IMG/VR virus record: IMGVR_UViG_3300010401_000033
Location: 70,940 to 134,939 of that record
Reading direction: 5' to 3' (one strand)
Length of the DNA: 64,000 bases
DNA from: a virus
The notes under the pieces: generated by a model
What the model saw: only the letters and a program-made list of their open reading frames with translations
Told to the model about the DNA's origin: nothing
Database searches by the model: none
Translations under genes and position numbers: made by a program
Shown here: positions 40,575 through 49,011 of the stretch, one piece after another
How the letters are laid out: each line of letters starts with the position of its first letter
Numbering within the stretch: position 1 is the stretch's first letter

Positions 40575-41498
40575 TTACTCTCCGTCGGCAGCCAATCCTT
40601 CAAAAAACTTCAAATCCGCATCCTCTTCGGGATCGGTAGAAGCGGCAACCACAGGTCCGGTTGCTGGTTTGGACTGGACTACGATGCCGGCATCAGGATC
40701 AGAATACGTCTGTCCCTCTGTCTGTGCGGCACTTGCGGCGAGCGGAGCGGAACCCAAGACCTTTGCCAAGCGTGACTTGGTTTGTTCGTGAGTCTTGAAA
40801 TTCTTGGCAGCAATGATCTCTGCCAACGAATGTTCCTGCTTCCAAATCTCTTCCAACTTCGCCTCATCGGCGCTGACGGCGCTGGGTGCTTGAAATTCAC
40901 TGGAATCGTAGTTGCGGTAATCGGCAACCTTACGGGCTCGAAGTTTGAAGTTCGCGCCTTCCCACAAATCAAACGGATTCATTGGCTGCTCACCAAAGGC
41001 TGGGTCTGGGTGCATCTTCTCAAACACCTTGTCCCAAATCTTCTTACCGAAGCGGAACAACTTGACCTTACCTTCGTTCTCTGGCTTTGCTGGATCAGAA
41101 ACCACAAGAATGTTCACAGTGTAAGACAACTTACGCTTGCGATCACGCGCAATTGCTTTGTTGGCTTCAATGCCTGAATTCCAGAGCAAACTATTCGCTT
41201 CGCAAATAGGACACTTCTGGTCTACCGTGGTAGAACACAAATCAATCAACCAGCCGCCTGGTCCACGAAATGCGTGTGAGAATGTACGCACCCAAGGCAA
41301 ACCATCTTCACCATCCTGCGGAGGAGCCGGAAGGAAACGAATAATGGCATGACCATTGCCAGCCTTATCAACTGACAATTCCCAAAAACGGTCATCTTCT
41401 CGCTTGGCTTGTGAGGATTGCTGGATTGCGGCAACTAAGTGCTCTGCGGTACCGCGGGAACGTTTAAGAGCGGAAAAACTGGTGGGTGTAACTGACAT
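40575..41498 (-). CDS. gp32: single-stranded DNA-binding protein gp32
   Basis: DDRFW.L..DKAGNG.AIIRFLPAP, CPICE.N..LWNSG, FD.WEGANFKL, acidic tail. Confidence 0.96.
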   Translation of the reverse strand: MSVTPTSFSALKRSRGTAEHLVAAIQQSSQAKREDDRFWELSVDKAGNGHAIIRFLPAPPQDGEDGLPWVRTFSHAFRGPGGWLIDLCSTTVDQKCPICEANSLLWNSGIEANKAIARDRKRKLSYTVNILVVSDPAKPENEGKVKLFRFGKKIWDKVFEKMHPDPAFGEQPMNPFDLWEGANFKLRARKVADYRNYDSSEFQAPSAVSADEAKLEEIWKQEHSLAEIIAAKNFKTHEQTKSRLAKVLGSAPLAASAAQTEGQTYSDPDAGIVVQSKPATGPVVAASTDPEEDADLKFFEGLAADGE

Positions 41499-41542
41499 AT
41501 AGAAACCTCCTGTTATATTATGGGAAACCCATATAAAGTGAT

Positions 41543-41571
41543 AGTATACACTTTATTTAGGCATTTGTCAA
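41543..41571 (-). promoter_or_regulatory. sigma70-type promoter for gp32
   Basis: TTGACA-17-TATACT. Confidence 0.75.
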
Positions 41572-42174
41572 CTTGGATTTTACCAATTCACGAACTTTTT
41601 TCTTATCAATGCCGAGGAAAGGTTCGTAGGCAAGACACTTGTGTTTGAATACCGGAAAGAGGATCGTGTCATTGAGTTTTTTCTCCCACACCGGCAAGAA
41701 GTTAATCGCGGTATTCAGAGCAATCAACGTCTCTACCGCAATGTCACGCTGCTGTGCCATTTCCAATAGTCTGGGTGCTTGACCATCACCAACTCGTACT
41801 ATTTCCTTCATTTGCTCCACGGCGCTGCTTTCATGGGAAATCAGATAGGCGAGGTCACCTGTCATGATATAATGCAGTGATTCTTTGACTCGGAGTTTTT
41901 CACGGTAGATATCCTCGGCTTCGTTGCCCAGGAGGTCGCGCACCCACAGTTTGTCGCGCTGAAACATGTTGGCGGCAATAAAAAAGGCACACTCAGATTC
42001 ATCCGAGTGTACCTTAGAAAGTTTATGAAAGAACCAGCGATCCTTGCGGGTCTCAAAGTTCTGCGGGGTGATGTTCTTGACTTTTCCGTGGTACTTGAAA
42101 AAATCGTAGGTGCCGGGCGTGAAATGTAATTTGAGCGCCGTGTACATGACGCACGTATCAAACCCTGTGAGCAT
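41557..42174 (-). CDS. gp59: helicase loader gp59
   Basis: Y.ALKLHFT...YDFFKY.GK, F..RKD..FF.KL, ETL..L. Confidence 0.9.
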   Translation of the reverse strand: MLTGFDTCVMYTALKLHFTPGTYDFFKYHGKVKNITPQNFETRKDRWFFHKLSKVHSDESECAFFIAANMFQRDKLWVRDLLGNEAEDIYREKLRVKESLHYIMTGDLAYLISHESSAVEQMKEIVRVGDGQAPRLLEMAQQRDIAVETLIALNTAINFLPVWEKKLNDTILFPVFKHKCLAYEPFLGIDKKKVRELVKSKLTNA

Positions 42175-42179
42175 AATTC

Positions 42180-42416
42180 CTAGATCGGTAAACGACCAGC
42201 CTTTCGTCCTCGCACCTTGAGGAGATTCATGTCTTGGACTTCCACGGTCAAATCTGCAAGCACGGCTTTCGTGAGGAGACTCGCGGCGACTTCCTGCTCC
42301 ATGCCCGTTGTCTCACAGTACAGCAAGAGCGCATCCCACAGGCTCAATTTCTTGTGTTCCGCGTACTCACGAAGCATTAGAGAGAAATTCTGTATCTCTT
42401 CTTTCGTAGGCATCAT
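42180..42416 (-). CDS. gp33: late transcription coactivator gp33
   Basis: FS...E, DALL.YCE, E...MNLLK....LPI; lies between dsbA and gp59. Confidence 0.8.
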   Translation of the reverse strand: MMPTKEEIQNFSLMLREYAEHKKLSLWDALLLYCETTGMEQEVAASLLTKAVLADLTVEVQDMNLLKVRGRKAGRLPI

Positions 42417-42532
42417 TTGCCTGCTTTCTTTTCGTTGTCCATCAAACGCTTCAATTGCCCGGTGAGCAATGCAAGCATCGCGGTCAATTGTTCAATCGTT
42501 TTCAGGATTTCCTTGACCGCGATGTTGCTCAT
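42413..42532 (-). CDS. small hypothetical protein, 39 aa
   Basis: MSNIAVKEILKTIEQLTAML...; translationally coupled to both neighbours. Confidence 0.45.
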   Translation of the reverse strand: MSNIAVKEILKTIEQLTAMLALLTGQLKRLMDNEKKAGK

Positions 42533-42533
42533 G

Positions 42534-42806
42534 TTACTTTACCACCGTCTTGTACATCTTCTCAAAGGCTTCGTGCTCTGCCACGACCTCATCAAAATTC
42601 TGTTTGTGGTAGGTTGCTGCGAGCGCCTTGACCAACTTCTTAGGAATTTTCAAATCCTCAGAAATCTTCTTGACCACTTCACTGAAATACTCAGTCTCCG
42701 CCTCGGAACGAAGTCGGCTGTCTGCGGCATCCTTCAATGCCTTCTTCAAACGCGACTGCTGTTCCTCGGTCAAATTTTCTGCATGAACTACTTTCACTGC
42801 CATCAT
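42534..42806 (-). CDS. dsbA: T4 DsbA-like double-stranded DNA-binding protein
   Basis: IPKKLV..LA.TYHKQNF.E...E.E.FE..Y; T4 synteny rnh-dsbA-33-59-32; GGAGG SD. Confidence 0.8.
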   Translation of the reverse strand: MMAVKVVHAENLTEEQQSRLKKALKDAADSRLRSEAETEYFSEVVKKISEDLKIPKKLVKALAATYHKQNFDEVVAEHEAFEKMYKTVVK

Positions 42807-42928
42807 AAACCTCCCATTGTTATCCGACACACATACTGAATCAGGGTCCAAATGCCCCACCCACTCACAACCACCATCACACCGACGATCACGTAGAATG
42901 CCCAATTTGTTACACGGTCATTTGGCAT
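42803..42928 (-). CDS. small membrane protein, 41 aa
   Basis: MPNDRVTNWAFYVIVGVMVVVSGWGIWTLIQY...; one hydrophobic segment. Confidence 0.45.
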   Translation of the reverse strand: MPNDRVTNWAFYVIVGVMVVVSGWGIWTLIQYVCRITMGGL

Positions 42929-42930
42929 GA

Positions 42931-43512
42931 TTAGTAAATCGCCTCTCCATAATGATCCACTTTAATAGTGGGATCACACCAAACAGAGAATCCAGAATTG
43001 CGTGACTGATTACAAAACCACGCATCCTCCGATTCAAGAACTTTGCCATCAGCACCCAAGATTACATGAAACCACGGCTGTTGAATTTTGGAAAATACTG
43101 ACATTTTAATTAACATACACCCTGTTGGACCGATCGCACACTCAAAAATCTCTTGTGGAAATTCATCAATAAGTTTTCCATCAAGACCCGTGACCAATGA
43201 CCTCTGTGTGGTAATGTGACGATTGTTATACTTCCCAAAAACAATATCCCTCTTGTGGGCGAAAAGCCTGCTGAGTGTATCGGGGGCAAACACCACGTCA
43301 TGATCCATGAAGAACATGTAATCCGCGCTTCTTTCAAGCGCCATTCGTGCGAGTTGTTCCCGATTACTCTGAATATACGCACCCTCAACCACATGTAAAG
43401 AAAAATCCACATCAGGCGTAGCGAACATGGTTCTGATAAGTGATATCACGGATTGCGACTTCATCGTATACATCGGCAACGAGACGGCAACTGTTGGCAT
43501 ATTCTGATACAT
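42931..43512 (-). CDS. glycosyltransferase, GT-A fold
   Basis: RE.LA..AL...ADY.FF.DHD (DxD), GCMLIK..VF, ED..FC, D..I...H.G. Confidence 0.8.
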   Translation of the reverse strand: MYQNMPTVAVSLPMYTMKSQSVISLIRTMFATPDVDFSLHVVEGAYIQSNREQLARMALERSADYMFFMDHDVVFAPDTLSRLFAHKRDIVFGKYNNRHITTQRSLVTGLDGKLIDEFPQEIFECAIGPTGCMLIKMSVFSKIQQPWFHVILGADGKVLESEDAWFCNQSRNSGFSVWCDPTIKVDHYGEAIY

Positions 43513-44057
43513 TATCGTTCTCTCTGTTCTCCGTAAAACAGGTGTCTATCAATCTTACCGAGGAACACTTTTGACTTACGCCACTTAGGGTGCACGTAGT
43601 CAGCATGATAATACAAAGCACTCTGATACTGGGATAGTATATCACGTTTCCAGTACGATTGCAAGACACGATGGGCGATTTTTTGTGACTCGTTCCATTG
43701 TTCCTTATTCGGTTTGTACTTGGGAGAGCACCAGAAGGAAAATTGGCAGATTTTACGATCATCTACGACATGGGCTTGAGCAATGACACCGCAGATCGTC
43801 TTTGGGCGCTTGTGAGCACCTACCCGATTGAGGACCACCAACGCCACTGCTTCCTTACCGATCTCGGATTGGTTACCGGCTTCGTAGTAAATGGCTTCCG
43901 TCAAACACTTCTCTTCCTTAAGGGTTGCCACGACTTTGTAGTTACGCTCAACCAATTGAGTGCGTGAGAGGTCAACCAGGACGGCTTGTTCGTCATGAAT
44001 GGATGGTCCCAAGAGGAACCCCGCACATAGAATCGCTGTAGAAAGTGTTTTTTTCAT
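43512..44057 (-). CDS. SleB-like cell wall hydrolase (Hydrolase_2)
   Basis: CL.EAIYYEA, AVA.VVLNRV, CQFSFW, YYHADYV.P.W, I..H.FY; N-terminal signal. Confidence 0.88.
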   Translation of the reverse strand: MKKTLSTAILCAGFLLGPSIHDEQAVLVDLSRTQLVERNYKVVATLKEEKCLTEAIYYEAGNQSEIGKEAVALVVLNRVGAHKRPKTICGVIAQAHVVDDRKICQFSFWCSPKYKPNKEQWNESQKIAHRVLQSYWKRDILSQYQSALYYHADYVHPKWRKSKVFLGKIDRHLFYGEQRER

Positions 44058-44737
44058 TTTGCCTCCTGCTCCATGTAATACTGAGCAATGCAATTATCCA
44101 ACACTGGGAGATAAGCGTCTTTCTTCTTCATGGTGATCGTGCCGTGCAACTCACCTTCAATGGCCGTCGCTAACACAACTTTATGAACCGGAATCCCTGT
44201 GCGTTCCTCAAACATTTCCGCATAGGCAGAGGTTTGAACAAAGTAGTTGAGAATCCACTCTTCGGGTTTCACGTAGCCTGCGGTTTTGATATCCAGGATG
44301 ACGATTTCCCCATCCCACACAACAATCGCGTCACAGCGACCGGCAAGACGGAGACGATCAGAGTACAGGGCTTGTTCAATGCAGTAGACCTCGGAAATGT
44401 GCAGGTCAAAAAACCTTTTAACTTGAAGGAAGAGTTCCTTCATGGAAGGCATCATGCCGAGGCGCTCTTGCATCGTCATGGTATTCAGGAGATATTTTTC
44501 GCACAAGAGGTGCACGTAGGTTCCGCGGTCCGCACCCTTCTTGGTTTTCTTGTCTGCGGCTTCGGCCCCCACTCGCGCTCGCCATTTCGCAATGGCTTCA
44601 CGGCTGAGCATCCCTGCAACGGTTGAAGCGGAGGGATAACGTTTCCCTGTCGGAGTCTCATACCAACGACCCATATCCGTAGTGACGGTGGGGAGTTGGT
44701 ATTCCAATCCAGGAATTTTAGTATGCTTAAACGCCAT
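44054..44737 (-). CDS. PD-(D/E)XK exonuclease (RecB/Cas4-like fold)
   Basis: R.Y.TP.G.RYPS..TV, RGT.VH, AGRCD, D.KT, Y..Q...YA.M. Confidence 0.85.
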   Translation of the reverse strand: MAFKHTKIPGLEYQLPTVTTDMGRWYETPTGKRYPSASTVAGMLSREAIAKWRARVGAEAADKKTKKGADRGTYVHLLCEKYLLNTMTMQERLGMMPSMKELFLQVKRFFDLHISEVYCIEQALYSDRLRLAGRCDAIVVWDGEIVILDIKTAGYVKPEEWILNYFVQTSAYAEMFEERTGIPVHKVVLATAIEGELHGTITMKKKDAYLPVLDNCIAQYYMEQEAK

Positions 44738-44997
44738 CAGACTTGTTGCTTCCGTTCGCTGAATTTGGACTCACGGCGCTTGCCGAAATAACGTTTCTCA
44801 ATAGGAGCAATGATATGGTTCACGAAGTCAGAAGGGGGACGCTGGACACCCAGAATCACTGGATCGCCAACCTGCATCTTGAGGAAGGTCACTTCATACT
44901 CCGGGTTCTCTGCCAGGAAGGTGTCTAACTGAGCAATCGTCATGAATCGCTCCGTTACTTCTCCCGTTGGCTTATGTAGGATATCGTAGTTAGGCAT
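44737..44997 (-). CDS. conserved small T4-like protein
   Basis: MP.Y.....TGEV.E.FM.I..LD.FL..NP. Confidence 0.65.
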   Translation of the reverse strand: MPNYDILHKPTGEVTERFMTIAQLDTFLAENPEYEVTFLKMQVGDPVILGVQRPPSDFVNHIIAPIEKRYFGKRRESKFSERKQQV

Positions 44998-45143
44998 TAG
45001 TACACCTTGACAAACGCAGGTGCCGTCACCACTTGCTTGTAGGTCGGATTGTCAGAGAGAAATTTCTGTAAATCTGTCCAAGACATTCGTGGAAGATCGC
45101 TTACGACTTTTGTTTCCGTATTCTCAACAACATACATTGGCAT
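44997..45143 (-). CDS. small paralog of 44737-44997, 48 aa
   Basis: MPMYVVENTETKVVSDLPRMSWTDLQKFLSDNP...; same MP.Y...L..FL..NP pattern. Confidence 0.55.
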   Translation of the reverse strand: MPMYVVENTETKVVSDLPRMSWTDLQKFLSDNPTYKQVVTAPAFVKVY

Positions 45144-45145
45144 GG

Positions 45146-45484
45146 TTATTTCTCCTTGTAACCTTTCTTCTTTTTGTCTGCAACTAACTTATTGAAAATT
45201 TCGTTCGCCTGAACGAGTCCGACTGGGGAATCATTCTTGATCCCCTTTTGGTGGGTGCCTCCAACACGACCATATTCAAACCGCACCTCGTAGAGACCCT
45301 TGACGGCCGCAATCTGCACGATGTACTCTTTGTTGGAACTACCCTCTTGAAAGACCAGGTGAGTCTTGCGAAACCCGGTCGTCTGAACATCGGGCATCTT
45401 GACTTTTTTGGCTGGTGCCGGAAACTTCTCCGGCATCAGTTTTTGAAGTTGTCTTTGGAGTGCTTGTGAAAGACTGTCGTTCAT
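45146..45484 (-). CDS. WGR-domain protein
   Basis: S.KEY, V.FEYGRVG, F.KLV..K.KKGY. Confidence 0.8.
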   Translation of the reverse strand: MNDSLSQALQRQLQKLMPEKFPAPAKKVKMPDVQTTGFRKTHLVFQEGSSNKEYIVQIAAVKGLYEVRFEYGRVGGTHQKGIKNDSPVGLVQANEIFNKLVADKKKKGYKEK

Positions 45485-46134
45485 AAATCAAACACCGTCA
45501 CAGGGTTGCTGGGCTGATAGTGAACATCACAAATACACACATTGTAGAACCGTGTGGTCCAGGTATCTCGGATGTATGATCCGTAGGCTTCGTGGATATG
45601 CCCGAAGATATGGACCCTCGGTAACCCACGTTTCACATGATACAAGAGATTCACGTCACCCACATGCGGGTCCTCACCCACATGAGGATCAAAGACCCGA
45701 TCCAGGATACCCTTTGGGGGTCCGTGTGTGATAAGAATATCTATGTTGTCTGGAATCTGTGACCAGATCGCTTCTGAGCGGGGTCCCTTTGGGTTATAAT
45801 CAAAGGACCAAGGGGAAGGCTCATAGATTGAACTGGAATACGGGGAACCAAACACACGATATCCATTGACTTCCTTCTCTTCGTGACAGAGGTAGGTTGC
45901 AGGGGCAAACTCCTCTCGCGCAAAGTGAGGGTCCGTTTCGCAATACACGTCATGGTTTCCAGGTACAATGACCTTGAACTGGTGTGGTTGCTTATTGAAC
46001 CATTCGGCGAACTGTGTCACCTCAAAGTTCTTGGCTCGCATTGAGAAATCACCGGCGCAAATGAGCATGTCCCCATCGGGAATACCCATACGGCGATGAA
46101 ATCCGTGGCTGTCTGAAAAGGCTACGATTCTCAA
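45481..46134 (-). CDS. metallophosphoesterase (MPPED-like)
   Basis: DSH, GD, GNHD, THGPP, GHIHE; TTG start after AGGAG. Confidence 0.9.
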   Translation of the reverse strand: MRIVAFSDSHGFHRRMGIPDGDMLICAGDFSMRAKNFEVTQFAEWFNKQPHQFKVIVPGNHDVYCETDPHFAREEFAPATYLCHEEKEVNGYRVFGSPYSSSIYEPSPWSFDYNPKGPRSEAIWSQIPDNIDILITHGPPKGILDRVFDPHVGEDPHVGDVNLLYHVKRGLPRVHIFGHIHEAYGSYIRDTWTTRFYNVCICDVHYQPSNPVTVFDL

Positions 46135-46149
46135 AATACTTCTCCTGTT

Positions 46150-46325
46150 GGACGGTCCGGTGAGAGGTTGCGGTACTTACTAAGTTGGCTATGCGCCTAT
46201 CCTATTTAATTTGCAACCCTCACCCGACTCCACCCGGTAGACGGTATCGTAGAATTTCACAATCCGAGTACGGACCGATGTTTGGACACTCAGCCGGAGG
46301 ATTGTGTTGTCTACGGGACTCTACC
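46150..46325 (-). ncRNA. two tandem structured RNA candidates
   Basis: GGTGAG(A)GGTTGC/GCAACCCTCACC stem; GGTAGA..CGTAGA..CACAATCC/GGATTGTG..TCTACG..TCTACC rod. Confidence 0.5.
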
Positions 46326-46330
46326 AAAGA

Positions 46331-46645
46331 TCAACCCGCGGCAACCATCAGGTCGCTAGCGGAAAGAACAACGGCTGGGGGAGCGATTAAACCACGTTCC
46401 TGCGCGTAGGCAGTCATGGCTTCAACGTTTACTAACTGGTATGAGACGATCTTGCGACCGACTCTATTGCGCTTGATCTCAGCACCGATCTGCTTCAAAT
46501 CCCATAGATAGGCAGAAAAACGATTGAGAACAATGTGGGAACTGAGGAGAGTTTCAATCTCTCCGACTGGGGCTTCATGCCCATCCAACAGCACAAGCAA
46601 AATCTTCTCTGCTTGAGCGGTCTTTTTATTTTTACCTCTGGCCAT
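46331..46645 (-). CDS. putative winged-helix-like DNA-binding protein
   Basis: EKILLVL, R.S.YLWDLK, G.....YQL.N; start at MARGK with GGAGA SD. Confidence 0.55.
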   Translation of the reverse strand: MARGKNKKTAQAEKILLVLLDGHEAPVGEIETLLSSHIVLNRFSAYLWDLKQIGAEIKRNRVGRKIVSYQLVNVEAMTAYAQERGLIAPPAVVLSASDLMVAAG

Positions 46646-46672
46646 GTCGATTGTCTCCATTATGAAGGTGAT

Positions 46673-46701
46673 AGTATAGCACAACTGCGGTACATTGTCA
46701 A
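46673..46701 (-). promoter_or_regulatory. sigma70-type early promoter
   Basis: TTGACA-17-TATACT with extended TG. Confidence 0.8.
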
Positions 46702-46704
46702 GAC

Positions 46705-46920
46705 TTACTTTTTCTTCTTTTTCTTTGCCACTGCCTTGACTTTTCGTGGCTTTCTGAGGTGCTTGGGTCGTAGAACCTTCGGCGTCTCAGGGCTTCGGAA
46801 GTTCAATGCGACACCCTCCGGGCATTGCGTGATCTTCCCACCATTCTTTTCCCATTCGTCCACTAACGCTTTCAATTCAGCGCGGGTGATTTCCTTGGGT
46901 GCTAACAAATCCTTATTCAT
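46705..46920 (-). CDS. small basic hypothetical protein
   Basis: W.K.GGKIT.CP motif; Lys-rich tail. Confidence 0.6.
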   Translation of the reverse strand: MNKDLLAPKEITRAELKALVDEWEKNGGKITQCPEGVALNFRSPETPKVLRPKHLRKPRKVKAVAKKKKKK

Positions 46921-47095
46921 CGTCTACTTCTCCTCGTTCATCGGCAGACTGCGCTGCCTTCTGGTCATGATAAGTTCGGTTGCCTTCACACCACGAACAA
47001 CGCCCGTGGTTGCGACAACTGCCGTCAAATGCCTTAGACTTGCGGTACGGCTTCCGCTGTTCCTTCTTGTGTTCTATCGCTTTGTCCAGGCTCAC
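46913..47095 (-). CDS. conserved small Cys/His protein
   Basis: GTG start; SLDKAI..KKE.RKPY..SKAFD.SCRNHG.C.WC..NR. Confidence 0.6.
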   Translation of the reverse strand: MSLDKAIEHKKEQRKPYRKSKAFDGSCRNHGRCSWCEGNRTYHDQKAAQSADERGEVDDE

Positions 47096-47258
47096 GGACG
47101 TTCTCCCTTCCTCTTCCAGCATACTCCTGCTGGATTGCAAGTTTCGCAGCGGTCGGCATGTGCGAATACTTTGTATAGGTCATGCCTTTCTTGGTTGAAA
47201 GCCACGATCCAAATACTGATCTCGTTCCTTTTCCCTGCGGAGAATCTGATTGTGCCAT
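47034..47258 (-). CDS. hypothetical protein
   Basis: ORF with SD; overlaps the next gene. Confidence 0.4.
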   Translation of the reverse strand: MAQSDSPQGKGTRSVFGSWLSTKKGMTYTKYSHMPTAAKLAIQQEYAGRGRENVREPGQSDRTQEGTAEAVPQV

Positions 47259-47261
47259 CCC

Positions 47262-47402
47262 TTACTCCTCTACTCGTTCACCGTCAATTAACACATCAAT
47301 GCTTCCAGCGGAAACATCGCATCCATCCTCTAACTCAGCCATCTTCGTAATCCACTCACGGTCAGTGAGTCTACGGGTTGGCTGTTCCTTGGGGTCTACC
47401 AT
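47262..47402 (-). CDS. small hypothetical protein, 46 aa
   Basis: MVDPKEQPTRRLTDREWITKMAELEDG...; fills the operon gap. Confidence 0.45.
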   Translation of the reverse strand: MVDPKEQPTRRLTDREWITKMAELEDGCDVSAGSIDVLIDGERVEE

Positions 47403-47596
47403 TCGGCTTCCCCAACACGACCAGAGACAATATCCTCAATATCGTCAATATCGTTCACGTCAAAGTCCCTACACAATTTGTCAACGTCCTCTTGACTTTC
47501 AAGGATCGCCAGCCGTTCTTTCTTCACAGGTCGCGGAGAAATCTTTGCGGCTTTCGGGAGTCTCTTACCGACGCCCCTCTTTACTGGCCTAGACAT
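47396..47596 (-). CDS. hypothetical protein
   Basis: Coupled ORF with a basic N-terminus and acidic C-terminus. Confidence 0.5.
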   Translation of the reverse strand: MSRPVKRGVGKRLPKAAKISPRPVKKERLAILESQEDVDKLCRDFDVNDIDDIEDIVSGRVGEAEW

Positions 47597-47792
47597 TTTT
47601 GATAATTCCCTTCACTCTGAGACGGGTTTTCAGTAACGGACTATCAAGATCAATCGTTTTGGACTTCACCTCATGCTTGGAAAGCCACACCTTCACACGT
47701 CCAATTCCATACCCGACGCCTATTCCCAAACCTGTACTCACCAATAACGCCATCCAAACCATCATGTCCTCCAAGTGAACTACCACGAACAA
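47589..47792 (-). CDS. small membrane protein
   Basis: Hydrophobic segment WMALLVSTGLGIGVGYGIG. Confidence 0.5.
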   Translation of the reverse strand: MFVVVHLEDMMVWMALLVSTGLGIGVGYGIGRVKVWLSKHEVKSKTIDLDSPLLKTRLRVKGIIKNV

Positions 47793-48292
47793 TTATTGTA
47801 GCAACGGACCCACAGGTCATGGTCGCCCTTTTTCAGCACTTGTAACAGTGCCAATTTCTCTCTCATGTAGACTTCTGCAAACTTCGGATCGTGCTGAACA
47901 ATTGACTTCGTATTGGAAATCAAATCAGCCAATTTGACTGTTTGGGCATCAGCGGGCGCTTGTGCCAAATACTCACGATCCAATTCCTTGCGAGCCTCGC
48001 GGTTTCCATGCTCCGCTTCCCCTACCTTCGTCAACCACAAAACAAGGTTAGCGACCTCAGGACCAAACTCTTCCACAAGCACCTCAAGGGTAACTTGCGT
48101 ATCCTCAATTACGTCATGGAGATAGGCAGCGGCAACCATTTCAACAGTATGCCCAGGCACACTCTCAACGATACCTGCCACCTCAATAGGATGGACGATA
48201 TAAGGCTCACCCGTATACTTACGCACTTGTCCCACCGCAGCATGAGCCGCAGTGGCAAACAGCAATGCTCGCTCTTTCGTGTTTCTCAACAT
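47780..48292 (-). CDS. HD-domain hydrolase, SpoT/Mesh1-like small alarmone hydrolase
   Basis: AH..Q.RK..GEPY..HP..VA, AA.LHDV.EDT, VKLAD..SN. Confidence 0.85.
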   Translation of the reverse strand: MLRNTKERALLFATAAHAAVGQVRKYTGEPYIVHPIEVAGIVESVPGHTVEMVAAAYLHDVIEDTQVTLEVLVEEFGPEVANLVLWLTKVGEAEHGNREARKELDREYLAQAPADAQTVKLADLISNTKSIVQHDPKFAEVYMREKLALLQVLKKGDHDLWVRCYNNCSW

Positions 48293-48298
48293 GATATA

Positions 48299-48345
48299 AT
48301 TATAGCATATCCCAGGGGATTGTCAAGTGTCTAAGTGGTTGATTT
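48299..48345 (-). promoter_or_regulatory. early promoter with upstream 14-mer; leaderless transcript
   Basis: AAATCAACCACTTA-N5-TTGACA-16-TATAAT, then TATATC-ATG. Confidence 0.75.
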
Positions 48346-48353
48346 GATTGGGG

Positions 48354-48578
48354 TTATGAAATAGTTTGGACCAAATACTCATAAAAATCGCCGTGATAGG
48401 TCTTTTTTAGGAGCGTGATATCCGCTAACTGGCAGAACCGAGCAAATTCATCGTGGAAGGTGTGATCGTCTGCAAGGATAACTAACTGATCGCCCTTGTG
48501 CATCAGGTTGAGTTTCAAGCGCACCTGGATGATGGGCATGGGACATACTAATCCGCGGCAGTCTAGGGTGGGTGTCAT
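48354..48578 (-). CDS. TusA/SirA-family sulfur carrier
   Basis: LDCRGLVCPMP (CPxP), G..L.ILADD. Confidence 0.85.
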   Translation of the reverse strand: MTPTLDCRGLVCPMPIIQVRLKLNLMHKGDQLVILADDHTFHDEFARFCQLADITLLKKTYHGDFYEYLVQTIS

Positions 48579-48669
48579 ATTGGAGTTCTTTTTCATGATA
48601 ATTTGCAATGGGCGTCACACGGGTCAACGCCCAAAGAACCCTCACCACACATGGTAGCGGGGCCAGCCT

Positions 48670-48852
48670 TTATCCGTTCAACAGGGTACGGGAATCTCCG
48701 GTGGATTCAGCGACACGTCTGCGCTTGATCTCTTCGTACTCACCTTCAAGACCTCGAAGCCATTCACGCTTACGCACCACTTCCAATTCGGCTTCTGCAA
48801 GGTTATCCTTGGCAGTCCGAATCATTTGACCTATCACTTCATCACTTCCCAT
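48670..48852 (-). CDS. small coiled-coil hypothetical protein
   Basis: ORF with GGAGG SD. Confidence 0.5.
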   Translation of the reverse strand: MGSDEVIGQMIRTAKDNLAEAELEVVRKREWLRGLEGEYEEIKRRRVAESTGDSRTLLNG

Positions 48853-49003
48853 AATTTTCATCCTCCCACATATCATAGCCACGTTTGGTGGCCATTTGCT
48901 TTTGCTGCTGCTTTTTTCTCTGCTTATCCCGTACTTCTTCTTCGGCTTGCTTTCTGAACTTCGTTTTCGGAGCGGGCTTCTCCAACTGTCTCGACTGAAA
49001 CAT
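48842..49003 (-). CDS. small basic hypothetical protein, 53 aa
   Basis: MFQSRQLEKPAPKTKFRKQ...; AGGAGG SD. Confidence 0.5.
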   Translation of the reverse strand: MFQSRQLEKPAPKTKFRKQAEEEVRDKQRKKQQQKQMATKRGYDMWEDENYGK

Positions 49004-49011
49004 ACATCCTC

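Noticed and set aside
44054-44737. Cas4 or CRISPR locus
   Set aside because: Ordinary phage PD-(D/E)XK exonuclease; no repeat-spacer array or other cas genes seen
46236-46325. SRP 4.5S RNA
   Set aside because: Lacks the CAGG...GGAA...AGCA domain IV motif
46535-47350. 271-aa plus-strand ORF
   Set aside because: Antisense to several coupled small minus-strand genes; low-complexity F/L/R translation
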